From IMG/VR virus record IMGVR_UViG_3300029708_000226: a stretch of 64,000 bases of DNA; one strand, written 5' to 3'. Position 1 is the first letter of the stretch. The number at the start of each line of letters is the position of its first letter. Source of the stretch: a virus. Its lineage: Duplodnaviria; Heunggongvirae; Uroviricota; Caudoviricetes. The translations under genes were made by a program, and so were the position numbers. A model generated the notes under the pieces. That model made no database searches. It saw only the letters and a list, made by a program, of their open reading frames with translations, and was not told the origin of the DNA. Shown piece by piece: positions 9,018-19,454 of the stretch.

Positions 9018-9234
9018 AGACAAAAAGATCATTTCTAAAAATTATAAGCTATATGTTAAAAGGATAATATTATATCCATCATATGATTGAAAGTGATAGA
9101 ATTATGTTCCTTTAATTAATGAATTTAAAGGAATAGTGTATTATCCCTTTATGCAACCGGCACAGATTATTGTCCCGCTCATATTAAAAGTACCAATATA
9201 CTATCCCTCTCAAAACAATAAAAAAGAGGAACAG

Positions 9235-9774
9235 CTATCTGTCCCTCTCCGTTATTATTGGTAATATTTCATTTACAGCTTTTTTAAATTCATCCAAATT
9301 ACCGTATGCTCCCGCATTAATAATTGGAATATTATGATCCATAGCTATGCGGATCGCCTGCCCGGTTCCGCCGTCTACTCTCCCACCTGCCGTATAGCAA
9401 ATAATGAAATCAACTGGATCATTAAGATTTTGTCCCAATATCTGATAAGCATCTCTTGCAATTAATTTCTTTGCTGCCGGCTTTAGTGCAAACCAATTCG
9501 GATGATAGTGGATGCTAATCTTTTCTACTGTTTCCGGAATAGGATCTGGCAAAATCAATTCAGAACCATTTCCATTAAATCCTTTCCATGGAAGATAAAT
9601 CTCTTTAGGTCCACTATATATATCACAGCCATCTTCGAAAGCTGTATCGGCGCCATCAGCGGCTCCAGATCTTAATAGAAATCTTCGTTTGGCAAAATAT
9701 CGACCAAGGTAGTCAAAGAGTCCAAGGATTTCTTTTGGAGTTTTTCGGCTACCAATTCCTGCATACTTACTCAT
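9235..9774 (-). CDS. SLOG-superfamily (DprA/Smf/LOG-like) Rossmann-fold protein
   Basis: GIGSR...LLRSGAADGADTAFEDG and a second Gly-rich block AGGRVDGGTGQAIRIA. Confidence 0.5.
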   Translation of the reverse strand: MSKYAGIGSRKTPKEILGLFDYLGRYFAKRRFLLRSGAADGADTAFEDGCDIYSGPKEIYLPWKGFNGNGSELILPDPIPETVEKISIHYHPNWFALKPAAKKLIARDAYQILGQNLNDPVDFIICYTAGGRVDGGTGQAIRIAMDHNIPIINAGAYGNLDEFKKAVNEILPIITERDR

Positions 9775-9798
9775 TTACTCTTCTCCATTTACAAATAA

Positions 9799-10578
9799 CT
9801 AAGTGGGAACAAATAAAATTTGCTCATATAAGCAAATATCCTGCATAGACACCTGTTTATTGATATGCATATGTCCGAAATACCATTTCTTATATTCCGT
9901 TGTGGCTCGCACTTCTTCCAGATAGTTAGAAATAATATCCGCCTGGTAAAGGCCTTTGCCGCCCATTAAGAACATATCACTGGTGCACGGACTATGGGAA
10001 ATAATATAGTCCACTTTATTTTCGTATTTCTTAAGATTTTCGATTCCTTCAGACATCTCCTGCTCGCTAGGAAGTTCACGTTCCCACCAGGATACTCTCT
10101 TGATACGGTACATGGCTCTTCTATCATCTAACTTCTTTTTATCTTCTTTGAATAGAGGATCTTTTATTCCGCACTGATAATTATCCGGATCCAAAATACC
10201 ATCCTGTATATCATGGGAAGATGCTCCTCCAAACGTAAAGAATGTTTTTCCACAAAGAGTAAATACCTGGCCTCGTATTAAATGAATAACATTAGGTCTT
10301 ACAAAGTGAACATTTCCGCCATTCCATTCAGATACTGGCATAGCATCCAATCTATCATGATTTTCATGATTACCATCTACGAATAATGTAGTGAACGGCT
10401 TATTCTGAAGCCAGTTAAGCCAATATTCTTCTGTTCTTGATTCCATTTGATCCCATACGAGTCCAAAATCTCCACAGACAATAACGTAATCCTCTTTTGT
10501 CATTTTTGATTGTTCTGGAAACGCTTCTTTGGAAAATCTTGTGGGATCTCCATGAATATCTCCTGTAATATAGATCAT
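9799..10578 (-). CDS. Calcineurin-like metallophosphoesterase (Ser/Thr phosphatase-type)
   Basis: GDIHGD, GDFG and GNHE motifs. Confidence 0.8.
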   Translation of the reverse strand: MIYITGDIHGDPTRFSKEAFPEQSKMTKEDYVIVCGDFGLVWDQMESRTEEYWLNWLQNKPFTTLFVDGNHENHDRLDAMPVSEWNGGNVHFVRPNVIHLIRGQVFTLCGKTFFTFGGASSHDIQDGILDPDNYQCGIKDPLFKEDKKKLDDRRAMYRIKRVSWWERELPSEQEMSEGIENLKKYENKVDYIISHSPCTSDMFLMGGKGLYQADIISNYLEEVRATTEYKKWYFGHMHINKQVSMQDICLYEQILFVPT

Positions 10579-10955
10579 TTTCGTTCCTCCATCATTTTTT
10601 GCATTTCCAGAATATCACTATTTGTTCCATATCGAATATTCCATGGCAGATATCCGGCAAATGCTTCTTTATCCAACATATCCATCGTGATTTCTTTAAT
10701 GGTTATTCCGCTGACTGACTGGAATATACAGGCAGATGAATAAGGAAGATAATTCTTTGATCGCAGAAAATAAATATTGTAAAAAGGCAATTCTCTGCCA
10801 TTTATCATTCTATTATTTCCGCGTTCTGCAAGAAAAACTGCGCCTGCTTTTATTGTAATTCTTCCGTCATCACATGAATAAATATCAAAATCACTCGTGA
10901 GTTCATAAATATGCCCATTTTCAAGATGTATCATGTAATAAACCTCCTTATCCAT
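10575..10955 (-). CDS. Hypothetical protein (126 aa)
   Basis: ORF. Confidence 0.5.
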   Translation of the reverse strand: MDKEVYYMIHLENGHIYELTSDFDIYSCDDGRITIKAGAVFLAERGNNRMINGRELPFYNIYFLRSKNYLPYSSACIFQSVSGITIKEITMDMLDKEAFAGYLPWNIRYGTNSDILEMQKMMEERK

Positions 10956-11016
10956 AAGAACGGCAGTTTCCCGCCGTTCTTATCTATTTCAATCTAAGAA
11001 AAACATCACTTCCTCC

Positions 11017-11148
11017 ATTTTGTAAGCTCTTGTTTAGTTGCGTTTCTTATTCCATTCTTTTTCCGCAATTTCGCAGCCTTCAGTCAATGAGTAGCCTTCG
11101 TAATCTGCCAGATATTCAGCTCTACCCATAATATAAATATCCTTTTTA
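11017..11148 (-). CDS. Small hypothetical protein (~44 aa, MSKKDIYIMGRAEYLADYEGY...)
   Basis: GGAGGA RBS; below the ORF-track length cutoff. Confidence 0.3.
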
Positions 11149-11155
11149 CTCATTA

Positions 11156-11755
11156 TTAGTCCTCCTTCACTTTCCAATTAACAATCCATTTTGCAGACAC
11201 ATAAGTCCAATCCGCTGCATTGAACCAAAATGGTCTTTTGAACTGATATGCTGGAGCATGTTTCAATAGCTCTACTTCAACTCCATCATTTCTCGTCCAA
11301 ATGATTTTTGTTCCAATTGGTAACTTGGAAAGATTATGTGTTTTCTTTTTCTCATTTTCTTCCCAGCAATGTTTTCGCCAATTTAGAGCATGCTCAGAAT
11401 GCGTCTCACTAAGAAGCTTTAAAATAGACTCCGGACAATCATAGTAGCTGGGTCCCATGTCTTCAGAAATATCCTTGTAATAAAACATTCCATTTTTGAC
11501 GGACGTAAGAAAAACATATCCCCGTACTTTTCCGTCATCTATCGGGACATAGATACTGTGTTCTTTTTCATCTTTACCTGCATATCGTACCATATCCTTT
11601 ACGGCTGCATAATACACGCTGCCTTTCATTGCAGATTTTAATACCTGGAAGTTGCCTTTATTGGGACCTTCCATAAAATAAGCATCACATTCTGCTTTAC
11701 GGTCTACTATTCCACCTTTTTTTAAGTGAGTTGGCTGATATCCTGTCCATCCCAT
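11156..11755 (-). CDS. Hypothetical protein (199 aa)
   Basis: ORF. Confidence 0.5.
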   Translation of the reverse strand: MGWTGYQPTHLKKGGIVDRKAECDAYFMEGPNKGNFQVLKSAMKGSVYYAAVKDMVRYAGKDEKEHSIYVPIDDGKVRGYVFLTSVKNGMFYYKDISEDMGPSYYDCPESILKLLSETHSEHALNWRKHCWEENEKKKTHNLSKLPIGTKIIWTRNDGVEVELLKHAPAYQFKRPFWFNAADWTYVSAKWIVNWKVKED

Positions 11756-11765
11756 AATTATCCTC

Positions 11766-12065
11766 CTATTTTTTGATAAACTGCTCTATCCAATCGCTGC
11801 TTGTTTTACAGAATTTGTAACTCAGGTGAATCACATTCAATTCTGTAGCAATCTGGTACAGCCACATCTTTGCTTTTTCGCTGCCATCTTCCGCGAGTAA
11901 TGACATCAATTTCCTAATCAGAAACGTTGGTCCGCCGCAGTTTTTACTTGCCAGAAAGTCCGAATAATAATCCTTGGCGTTCTGTGTTACTTCGCCTGTT
12001 GTATATCCGCCTTTCCAGGCTGCGTTGCCGTATTCGGCTATGTTATAGAAATCTTCATATTTCAT
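11766..12065 (-). CDS. Hypothetical protein (99 aa)
   Basis: ORF; motif module at 12095-12157. Confidence 0.5.
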   Translation of the reverse strand: MKYEDFYNIAEYGNAAWKGGYTTGEVTQNAKDYYSDFLASKNCGGPTFLIRKLMSLLAEDGSEKAKMWLYQIATELNVIHLSYKFCKTSSDWIEQFIKK

Positions 12066-12094
12066 AATTTTTCTCCTTTTTTCTTATATTTTGT

Positions 12095-12157
12095 AGTATT
12101 AATATGACAGATAAAAGGGCGCAAAAGAAAAAGAAGCCCGTGGGCTTCTTTTAAACC
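12095..12157 (-). repeat. 58-bp promoter/terminator module, near-identical to the one at 13383-13445
   Basis: ATTAATATGACAGATAAAAGG(G/A)C(G/A)CAAAAGAAAAAGAAGCCCG(TG/AA)GGCTTCTTTTAA flanks the methyltransferase gene on both sides; a third diverged copy is at 14706-14765. Confidence 0.6.
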
Positions 12158-12336
12158 TGTGTTAATCCGCCGTCAGCGGTAATATGGATTCCATACTGAT
12201 CAAGCTCTTCTTTTGTGCAATCTAATTCATTCTGGATCATTTTAAACCATTCTTCTTCGTCATCATACTGTTCAAATGTTTCATCTATCAAAAGGCTAAT
12301 CGCATTGTACAATATTGTTTTTAATCTCTCTTCCAT
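12151..12336 (-). CDS. Small acidic protein (61 aa)
   Basis: ORF. Confidence 0.4.
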   Translation of the reverse strand: MEERLKTILYNAISLLIDETFEQYDDEEEWFKMIQNELDCTKEELDQYGIHITADGGLTQV

Positions 12337-12355
12337 TTATTTCTCCTTATTCTTC

Positions 12356-13354
12356 TTAAAATTCGATTTCACCAATATTCATAAGCTTCTTAAAGATATG
12401 CTGTAACACAGGAACACAAATAGAATTCCCGGCCAGATGAAAAATCTGAGAGTCTGTTAAACCAACTCTCTTCATCGCTGCGTAATCCTTATCCTTAAAC
12501 CCCATTAATCTCCAACATTCCTTTGCGGACAACATCCGCAGGACACCGTTTGTGTACACTGCCTGACGGGGACTCGTTGTTAATGTCTTTGCGACGCCTT
12601 TTCCAACTCTTCCTCTTCTGGTTTTGGAATTAGGAAATGCAACATTAACGCAGTCTCCGTCTTCTACCAGTTTATAGCCGATCTTTGTGGCTTCCCTGAC
12701 ATACAAATTACCGTTATTTGTGAAAAACAGCTGCTTCTCCGCATCAGATAACGCATAATCCGCAGGATTGATTGTTTTGTCAAGATAATCGACTAAATGG
12801 TACTTCAGAGGAATTTCTTCCGGAAATTTGAATTCTTTCCCGGACAGCAGACTTACCACATACAGTCTTTCTCTTGCCTGCGGAATACCGTATTTGCTTG
12901 CATCGAGAATGGCGTAAGCACTGCGATACCCCAATCGTTCCATGGTCTCGATATAATGATCGAGATGATGCTTATGGGACACCTTTTTGCCCTGGGAGGC
13001 GAGGTTTGGAACGTTTTCCCAGATTACCACGGGCGGTCTCTTATGCAGACCACTTTCGATGATTTCAAGGGTGCGGTTATACAGTATTGATCTTCCTGTA
13101 TTAATATCGTTTTTGCCCTCTTTTGTGAAATCCTGGCACGGTGATCCGTGAATAAGAATATCCACATCCATATTCCAGTTGATAATATTTTGCGGCTTGT
13201 AACTGATGTCGAAAATATTGTTATATGCCATTACTGCATAAGGCAGGATCTCCACATAATCAATAGACTTGACGTTCAAACCACAAAGTTCCAATGCTCT
13301 TCTGGGGGCGCCAACACCACCAAATAGTTCCAAAATATTTGTTGTTCCTTTCAT
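12356..13354 (-). CDS. DNA (cytosine-5)-methyltransferase
   Basis: Motif I LFGGVGA, motif [10 protein letters not shown] and motif VI ENV; start refined to [11 protein letters not shown] (RBS GGAGA). Confidence 0.85.
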   Translation of the reverse strand: MKGTTNILELFGGVGAPRRALELCGLNVKSIDYVEILPYAVMAYNNIFDISYKPQNIINWNMDVDILIHGSPCQDFTKEGKNDINTGRSILYNRTLEIIESGLHKRPPVVIWENVPNLASQGKKVSHKHHLDHYIETMERLGYRSAYAILDASKYGIPQARERLYVVSLLSGKEFKFPEEIPLKYHLVDYLDKTINPADYALSDAEKQLFFTNNGNLYVREATKIGYKLVEDGDCVNVAFPNSKTRRGRVGKGVAKTLTTSPRQAVYTNGVLRMLSAKECWRLMGFKDKDYAAMKRVGLTDSQIFHLAGNSICVPVLQHIFKKLMNIGEIEF

Positions 13355-13382
13355 ATTTTTTCTCCTTCTATCTACTTTGATG

Positions 13383-13445
13383 ACATTAATATGACAGATA
13401 AAAGGACACAAAAGAAAAAGAAGCCCGAAGGCTTCTTTTAACTAT
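13383..13445 (-). repeat. Second copy of the 58-bp promoter/terminator module
   Basis: See 12095-12157. Confidence 0.6.
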
Positions 13446-13704
13446 GATATAGCTGTTCAGCAATTTCAAGCAGACAATTGCTGTCAACGCATGTGATTAT
13501 TGCTTGAACAAAACGGGTATATTCTTTTCCTCGATAGATGCACCCTCCAGGCCATCCGTCTTCGAAATTTTCCTGCCCTACGCAGCGATATTCGATTTTT
13601 CTTTGATCCAAGAAATCCTTGACCTTCATCGCTGCGATATTCGGTAAAATACACAACTGTGGTTCATCAGTTTTTATAATATTTATTTTTTCGATATCAA
13701 CCAT
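13438..13704 (-). CDS. Small protein (88 aa) of a three-member paralog family ([23 protein letters not shown]...CLxKIAExL)
   Basis: Paralogs at 46743..47048 and 47021..47347. Confidence 0.5.
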   Translation of the reverse strand: MVDIEKINIIKTDEPQLCILPNIAAMKVKDFLDQRKIEYRCVGQENFEDGWPGGCIYRGKEYTRFVQAIITCVDSNCLLEIAEQLYHS

Positions 13705-13772
13705 ATATTTGTTCCTCCTGATATTTGCATTTTAACATATCTACCTGTATTAGACAAATTTCTGCATAGAAA

Positions 13773-14684
13773 TTAACGCACTTCGTCGCCCTTATGTGCT
13801 TTTTTGTAAGTAATATCAGTTTCTTTAATGTTTTCTTTAGCTTTTTCACGAATAATATTTTGTATGTTCTGGATATCACTGATTACTTTACTTTCTTCCT
13901 CATGATGAAAGAAACATTCGGAAAAATTAATTTTTCGTGTTTCATTTGAAGAAATGTGCTTGATTGAGGTATCGTTGTTCGTGATAAAAGCCTCAATTCT
14001 GCCGTCTTCTCTTTCCGGGAAAATGAGCTTTATATAAGGTTCTTTTGTGCCTGGATCCGTTCTTTGATAAATTTTAACATCCTTGTATTTATCGCTGATC
14101 GCGAAGTACAATTTCTGAATGTCAGAATCGAAAGTTATATTGGGTTTGTTGATAATATCCTCTTTTGTGTATTGTAATCCCGTGAAAATTGCGTTTTCGT
14201 GCTGTATATCCGCATAAGCGGTTTTAATGTAGAAACCAAAAGGCGATTCTCCATCCATATCTCTTTGCAAAACAACAGTTACCGCAGAGGTCTCTTTTTC
14301 TTTTACTACGCCGTTGTTGTTACTGAATCCATGTCCAATAGAATCGCCACCTATATCCGCCGATATACATAATTTCTGATAATCTTTTGGGTTTTTAAAT
14401 TCATATCTCTCCTTAAAAAGCCATTTGGTGATGGCATGAGAGCGGTATGCAACCACATTTGAGACTCCATCTTTTAATGATTCATCGTCCCAAAAGCTTG
14501 AAATATTTTCTTTTTCTTCTGTTATGATTCGTTTAATTAGCTCTTCATTAGCTATGTTTTCATGCAGTTCCTGAGAATGTCCCTTTGAGATATTGAGCAT
14601 TGCGTTGATTTCATCGAAAGCAGCATCTTCGAGCATTTCTTGATATGTATTCTGATCCATGTTTTTCAATGTTTCTCTATCCAT
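13773..14684 (-). CDS. 303-aa protein, paralog of 47391..48242 (MDRxTxxxMD...NxxKGHSxxLH...ESPFGFxxKTAYxDIxHE)
   Basis: Clear collinear similarity between the two ORF translations. Confidence 0.55.
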   Translation of the reverse strand: MDRETLKNMDQNTYQEMLEDAAFDEINAMLNISKGHSQELHENIANEELIKRIITEEKENISSFWDDESLKDGVSNVVAYRSHAITKWLFKERYEFKNPKDYQKLCISADIGGDSIGHGFSNNNGVVKEKETSAVTVVLQRDMDGESPFGFYIKTAYADIQHENAIFTGLQYTKEDIINKPNITFDSDIQKLYFAISDKYKDVKIYQRTDPGTKEPYIKLIFPEREDGRIEAFITNNDTSIKHISSNETRKINFSECFFHHEEESKVISDIQNIQNIIREKAKENIKETDITYKKAHKGDEVR

Positions 14685-14769
14685 AAAGATCTCCTTTGCT
14701 GTTTATGATATTAATATGAAAGATAAAAGAGAGTAAAAGAAAAAGAAGCCTTTTGGCTTCTCTTTCAAA

Positions 14770-15093
14770 CTACCAGCAAATGACCCAGTACGGATCCTGT
14801 CTTACTCCGCCGCAGATGTCATCCGTAACATAACGGAAGGAAAAACCATTGCCGGTAAAATATTCTCTTAATTCTTTTTCTACGTTGAATTCGCAATATT
14901 TTTCGCTATCGCCGTATTTTTTCTGAAATTCTTTAAAAGGGCCGGGGTGATGGTTAAATGAAACATAACATTCGCGAAAACCCCTTTTTGCATATTCCAT
15001 CATCTTTTCCTCAATGGTTTTAATGCCATAATCAACGGCGTTTTTTCTCAGGGAGCAACCATCTGAGATTTTTCTCATTTCTTCTGCTGTCAT
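14770..15093 (-). CDS. Hypothetical protein (107 aa)
   Basis: ORF. Confidence 0.5.
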   Translation of the reverse strand: MTAEEMRKISDGCSLRKNAVDYGIKTIEEKMMEYAKRGFRECYVSFNHHPGPFKEFQKKYGDSEKYCEFNVEKELREYFTGNGFSFRYVTDDICGGVRQDPYWVICW

Positions 15094-15614
15094 CAGTTTA
15101 CCTTTTTCCTTTCCGGAAATAATTTTAACATACGCTGCTTAATTTCCTCATAATCAAACATCTCGGCATCAAAACTTAAATTCAGATCCATACCAAATCC
15201 CTGTTTGTACTTATAAAGATGCCCGTAATAGCCATCTGCTCCAGTATGAAATTCATCAGAACCATATTTGGTATGAATTTCGAAGTGAGCGGTGTCGCAG
15301 CCGAGATCGATATTCTTTACAATTGTTCCGTTGTAATATTGTTCGCCCAGATATGTGTCGAGCATAAACGGTTGACCTGCCTGAAATACAGATACGTCGA
15401 TAATATCCCATTCCAGCTCATTTTCAGTGCAATGGATCTTACGGATCCGAAGCTTTCCAAGCGGCGCCCCAGAAATAGAACCATCGAATACAAGTTTCTT
15501 TTCGCAGCCCCTATCCGTTCCGTTAGCAATATTCTCGAGGTACATCGGATCACCAACGGTCAATTTTGTAGTTCCGCGAACATCGATGATCTCTTCTTTT
15601 AAAATCTTTTCCAT
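15093..15614 (-). CDS. Hypothetical protein (173 aa)
   Basis: ORF. Confidence 0.5.
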   Translation of the reverse strand: MEKILKEEIIDVRGTTKLTVGDPMYLENIANGTDRGCEKKLVFDGSISGAPLGKLRIRKIHCTENELEWDIIDVSVFQAGQPFMLDTYLGEQYYNGTIVKNIDLGCDTAHFEIHTKYGSDEFHTGADGYYGHLYKYKQGFGMDLNLSFDAEMFDYEEIKQRMLKLFPERKKVN

Positions 15615-15616
15615 CG

Positions 15617-15853
15617 TTATTCCTCAACTTGGATCCCGTAATTGCAGAATCCGTATTCATCAGATACCCAGTCGGATGCGTCTTCAACCAGTTCATCTTC
15701 GTGGTATCCGTCTTCGTCAGTATAGTTTTCTTTATTGAATTTTTCCGGGAGTTCGACTTCCGTAGGCAGCGAAGCAAGTGTATCTGCAATTTCTTCTTCG
15801 GTCATTTCTTCTGCTCCGTCAGTTACATCCCATTTGATATTTATTGCTCTCAT
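15617..15853 (-). CDS. Small highly acidic protein (Asp/Glu-rich)
   Basis: Likely start MRAINIKWD; composition resembles DNA-mimic proteins, but no homology is asserted. Confidence 0.4.
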   Translation of the reverse strand: MRAINIKWDVTDGAEEMTEEEIADTLASLPTEVELPEKFNKENYTDEDGYHEDELVEDASDWVSDEYGFCNYGIQVEE

Positions 15854-15961
15854 ATTATTTTCTCCCGTTCTTTCTTCTGCCGGCATGTTTGCACTGAAAG
15901 AAATAATTTTTTCTTTTTATGTCGTTTGAAAAACCTCTATAACGCATATTAGGCCACATAA

Positions 15962-16441
15962 TTATTTTTCGCTCCTTTTTCTTAATTCAGTGATCATTTG
16001 GTTGATGTGCGCGGTATGAATATCATCAAGACCACAGTCTCTCATATGATAATCTGTCTTCCATTCCCAGAACATCGGGCTGGATAAAACAGAATCCATG
16101 AATTTCCGGTTTTCGCCGTAGATGCGTCCATCACTCTTTTTGATCCCTGATACGATTACAAAAGTATTAATCGTATTGTCCAGGCCATATTTTTCGACGA
16201 CCTTATCAACGGTTACTATGGGGCCTTCATCTCTCGTTTCGTTAAAGACATTGACGATATCTTTCCAGATGAAAGCGTAATAATCTCTGGCCGCCCATTT
16301 TAACTCATCCGCATTGTATGCTTCCAGAAATGAATGCAAGCAGATATTGGCTTCCGCCTTGACCTTGGATTCAACAACAAGTTGATCGTATGTCAGCCGA
16401 TGTTGGAAAACTTTTTCAAGAATTTCGGTGTTTTTATTCAT
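15962..16441 (-). CDS. Hypothetical protein (159 aa)
   Basis: ORF; motif at 16475-16492. Confidence 0.5.
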   Translation of the reverse strand: MNKNTEILEKVFQHRLTYDQLVVESKVKAEANICLHSFLEAYNADELKWAARDYYAFIWKDIVNVFNETRDEGPIVTVDKVVEKYGLDNTINTFVIVSGIKKSDGRIYGENRKFMDSVLSSPMFWEWKTDYHMRDCGLDDIHTAHINQMITELRKRSEK

Positions 16442-16538
16442 TTTATATTCCTCCTATTTTCTTTGATGTCGATATTAATATGAAGGAAAATAGGCATAAA
16501 AATATCCCCGGTTTTGATAAAACCGAGGACATCAATTA

Positions 16539-17129
16539 TTAGCTGTGGATGAAGATAACTTTCTTCATTTTCCACAAGTTCAGTTTCCAAAGCGTCTGCG
16601 GGTGCGAATTAATGAAGGTATGGAATTTTTCAGTAACGAATTCCCTCATATGATCTTCCGTCATTGGAAATCCGTCAATATAATCTAAACTAACACAATT
16701 GCCGTCATAATAATACTGAAGTGTGATTCCGGCTCTGCTTACGTAAATTTTTGCTATGTAATTGGAAAATGAAGTTTTTCCGATTAGAATTTTCTCCGGA
16801 AGCGAAAATTTTTGGGACAGTTTGGAAATCTGCTTAAGCCCATGGAAGGCATCAATTACGAAATCGTAATTCTCATAATACATCTCGAAGTTATCCTTAT
16901 ATGCCCTTCTTTTTTGGACATATTTTCCCATTTTGTCAAGTGTTTTGGTCTTAATTTCCAACATTTCTCCGTTTTCGAGATCCACCAGATGATACGCTGT
17001 CTTCTCTTTCCCGAAACTCATTTTCGTACGCTTGCAGATTATCATACGATCGGGTTTAATTCCACCTCTGTCCATCAGGAAGATTTCCCCGGGTTCGGGC
17101 GGTATGACTCTGAATGCTTTGTTTGACAT
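16539..17129 (-). CDS. Hypothetical protein (196 aa)
   Basis: ORF. Confidence 0.5.
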   Translation of the reverse strand: MSNKAFRVIPPEPGEIFLMDRGGIKPDRMIICKRTKMSFGKEKTAYHLVDLENGEMLEIKTKTLDKMGKYVQKRRAYKDNFEMYYENYDFVIDAFHGLKQISKLSQKFSLPEKILIGKTSFSNYIAKIYVSRAGITLQYYYDGNCVSLDYIDGFPMTEDHMREFVTEKFHTFINSHPQTLWKLNLWKMKKVIFIHS

Positions 17130-17153
17130 ATTTTTCTCCTTTATATGTTTTGA

Positions 17154-17378
17154 CTATCTTTGTGCCGGCCGGAAATCTTTGTCTCCGTATACTTTTGCAT
17201 GTACTTTGCAGTATTCTTCGAAGAATAACTGATCAGAACACGGCGCTACTTCAGAATGTACCGTTTCGCGTATAAACGGATCCATCATTGCTTTTGCAAA
17301 TTCAAAGTCGATTTCCTTGCCGTAATTGTTGATTACCTTACCCAAAAAATATTTCTCCTTTTTTCGATTTTTCAACAC
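17154..17378 (-). CDS. Hypothetical protein (74 aa)
   Basis: ORF. Confidence 0.45.
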   Translation of the reverse strand: MLKNRKKEKYFLGKVINNYGKEIDFEFAKAMMDPFIRETVHSEVAPCSDQLFFEEYCKVHAKVYGDKDFRPAQR

Positions 17379-17419
17379 TATTATTATGATAAATTTTTAG
17401 CTCTTTATAAAAAACCGGA

Positions 17420-18091
17420 TCATTCCGGCTTTTCTTCCGCTATCTCTCTTAGCTGTATCGCTTCCTTTTGAATATCTATCGCATAAGAACTATATTCTCC
17501 TGCTTCGTATCTTTTTTTCGCCGTTTCGGCGGTCATATTATAGTACATAAGTGCTTCCGTCGTGTCCCGTTTGCTCTCCAGAAGTTCTGCGAGATAGTCA
17601 GCGGCCACAAGCATATTCTGATATGGATCGTATAGATTATCGCAATCCAGCTTTTCCATTCTGTTTTTGTGGCAATGCTCATTTATCTGACAGAGCCCGA
17701 TACAATTTCCATTGGAGACCGTTGGAATAAAAGCAGATTCTTTTTTCATTAACGCAAGCATAAGATACGGATCAATTTCATAATCCCTGCATATCTGTAA
17801 AAACTGCTTCTGCAATTTTTCATTAGCGAATAGATCCTTCGCTTCTTTCGGGAGTGATTCGAGAAGATGTTGAAATACCGCCAGCTCTTCTGCGTTTGTA
17901 TTTTCAAGAATTTTTATTTCAATAGGATCCGCCTGCGAATTCTCCCGGATTTCATTCTGATGGATAACGGTTTCTTTCTTTATTTCCAAAGCATTTATGG
18001 AATGTGGGTTTACAGGAATCGGTGTAACCGGAGTCACAGACAAAATACCACACATGATTACTCCGATTCCGTCAGTTGCAAGGTTTAACAT
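17420..18091 (-). CDS. Lytic transglycosylase (SLT domain) with N-terminal membrane anchor
   Basis: Catalytic-region motif KKESAFIPTVSNGNCIGLCQINE and a downstream AADYL block. Confidence 0.75.
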   Translation of the reverse strand: MLNLATDGIGVIMCGILSVTPVTPIPVNPHSINALEIKKETVIHQNEIRENSQADPIEIKILENTNAEELAVFQHLLESLPKEAKDLFANEKLQKQFLQICRDYEIDPYLMLALMKKESAFIPTVSNGNCIGLCQINEHCHKNRMEKLDCDNLYDPYQNMLVAADYLAELLESKRDTTEALMYYNMTAETAKKRYEAGEYSSYAIDIQKEAIQLREIAEEKPE

Positions 18092-18099
18092 ACTGAACT

Positions 18100-18723
18100 T
18101 TATTCTCCTCTGTAATATAATGTGATTTCTGTCTGCGGATCTACTTCTGTGCCTGCTTCCGGAGACTGTCTTGTAATCATTCCCATCTCGAATTCATAAG
18201 GGTTTTCTCCGGATTCGTCCTTTAAAATACCTCCGATAGATAAATTATCTTCAATCACTTCGACAACGGCGTCATCGATCGTATATCCGAGATAACTGTT
18301 AACGGTAACTGTATTCTTTTCTTCTATTTCTTCCTGTGGCAGTTCTGTGCTGCTTACAACGATAGTTACAGGAAGGAAAGTGTCTACTGTTTCTCCAGGA
18401 GCAATATCCTGTGACAATACCTCATAAGGGTGTTCTACATCTTCCTCCCAGACGATGTCGTAATATGTTACGCCGGCATTGGTTAATGTTTCTGTGGCTG
18501 CATCAAGTACCATTCCGCATACATCCGGCATAATCACATCTTTTTCAACATATCCTTCTATTTTATCTTCGGACACATCGTTGCCGGAAACGTCGTTACC
18601 TGATACAGATGTTTCTGTGTTTCCTTCGGTGGCTGTCTTTTCATTTCTTATCACCACACCGCAAATGACGGCTGCGATAATACCGATTCCAATCGCGCTA
18701 ACTACGATATTTTTTCTTGACAT
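18100..18723 (-). CDS. Membrane-anchored protein with two extracellular PASTA domains
   Basis: N-terminal TM; two ~65-aa units ending ...QSPEAGTEVDPQTEITLYY / ...QDIAPGETVDTFLPVTIVVS, typical of PASTA. Confidence 0.6.
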   Translation of the reverse strand: MSRKNIVVSAIGIGIIAAVICGVVIRNEKTATEGNTETSVSGNDVSGNDVSEDKIEGYVEKDVIMPDVCGMVLDAATETLTNAGVTYYDIVWEEDVEHPYEVLSQDIAPGETVDTFLPVTIVVSSTELPQEEIEEKNTVTVNSYLGYTIDDAVVEVIEDNLSIGGILKDESGENPYEFEMGMITRQSPEAGTEVDPQTEITLYYRGE

Positions 18724-19325
18724 ATTTGGATCTCCTTTTCTGTTAGCAGTTTTCTCTGTTTCAGAAGATCTACAACAATATCAACATACTTTTTTCGCAA
18801 AGATCCATTTGAAAGAATTTCTTCGATGACGGAAATATCCGTAACAGCTTCCTTATATGGCCGGGTGGATGTCAAAGCATCTAAAATATCGAGAACAGAA
18901 AGGAATTCGCAATACGCTGGTATTTCTCCGTCTTCGAAGTGTACAGGATATCCAGAGCCATCAATCTTTTCGTGATGTAAAAGTGTACACAGGACGACTT
19001 CTTTCGGATAATCCCGAAGCATATGAGCCCCCATTAAAGGATGCTTCTCCATATCCTTTTTTTCTTCCGGAGTATACTGGCTCGGTTTTGTTAGAATTTT
19101 TTCTGATATACCTATCTTTCCGATGTCATGCAGAAGACATCCTGTATAAAATACATTTCCGTCTATGGAAATGAGTTCTGGATATTTTTCTGTGACCGCT
19201 ATGCTGTTCTGCGCTACACGAATGCTGTGATCGTATGTTGTTTTGTCATAATTCTTCAACTGCCGAAGCAGATAAACTGTTTTTTCTTTTAATATGGGAG
19301 TAATCATTATTGTCCCCTTTCGCAA
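18702..19325 (-). CDS. HD-GYP domain phosphodiesterase
   Basis: HD...HDIGK...HP..G and the signature HHEKIDGSGYP. Confidence 0.8.
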   Translation of the reverse strand: MRKGTIMITPILKEKTVYLLRQLKNYDKTTYDHSIRVAQNSIAVTEKYPELISIDGNVFYTGCLLHDIGKIGISEKILTKPSQYTPEEKKDMEKHPLMGAHMLRDYPKEVVLCTLLHHEKIDGSGYPVHFEDGEIPAYCEFLSVLDILDALTSTRPYKEAVTDISVIEEILSNGSLRKKYVDIVVDLLKQRKLLTEKEIQICQEKIS

Positions 19326-19454
19326 AAAATACGGTAAAACAAAGGGGTAAGATGTAAACTCCTATATTTGTTCCATTATTATTATGAAAGATTATTTTTA
19401 ATAACGGAAAATTCTGCATAGAAATACCCGTGGAAGAATCCACGGGTATCTATC

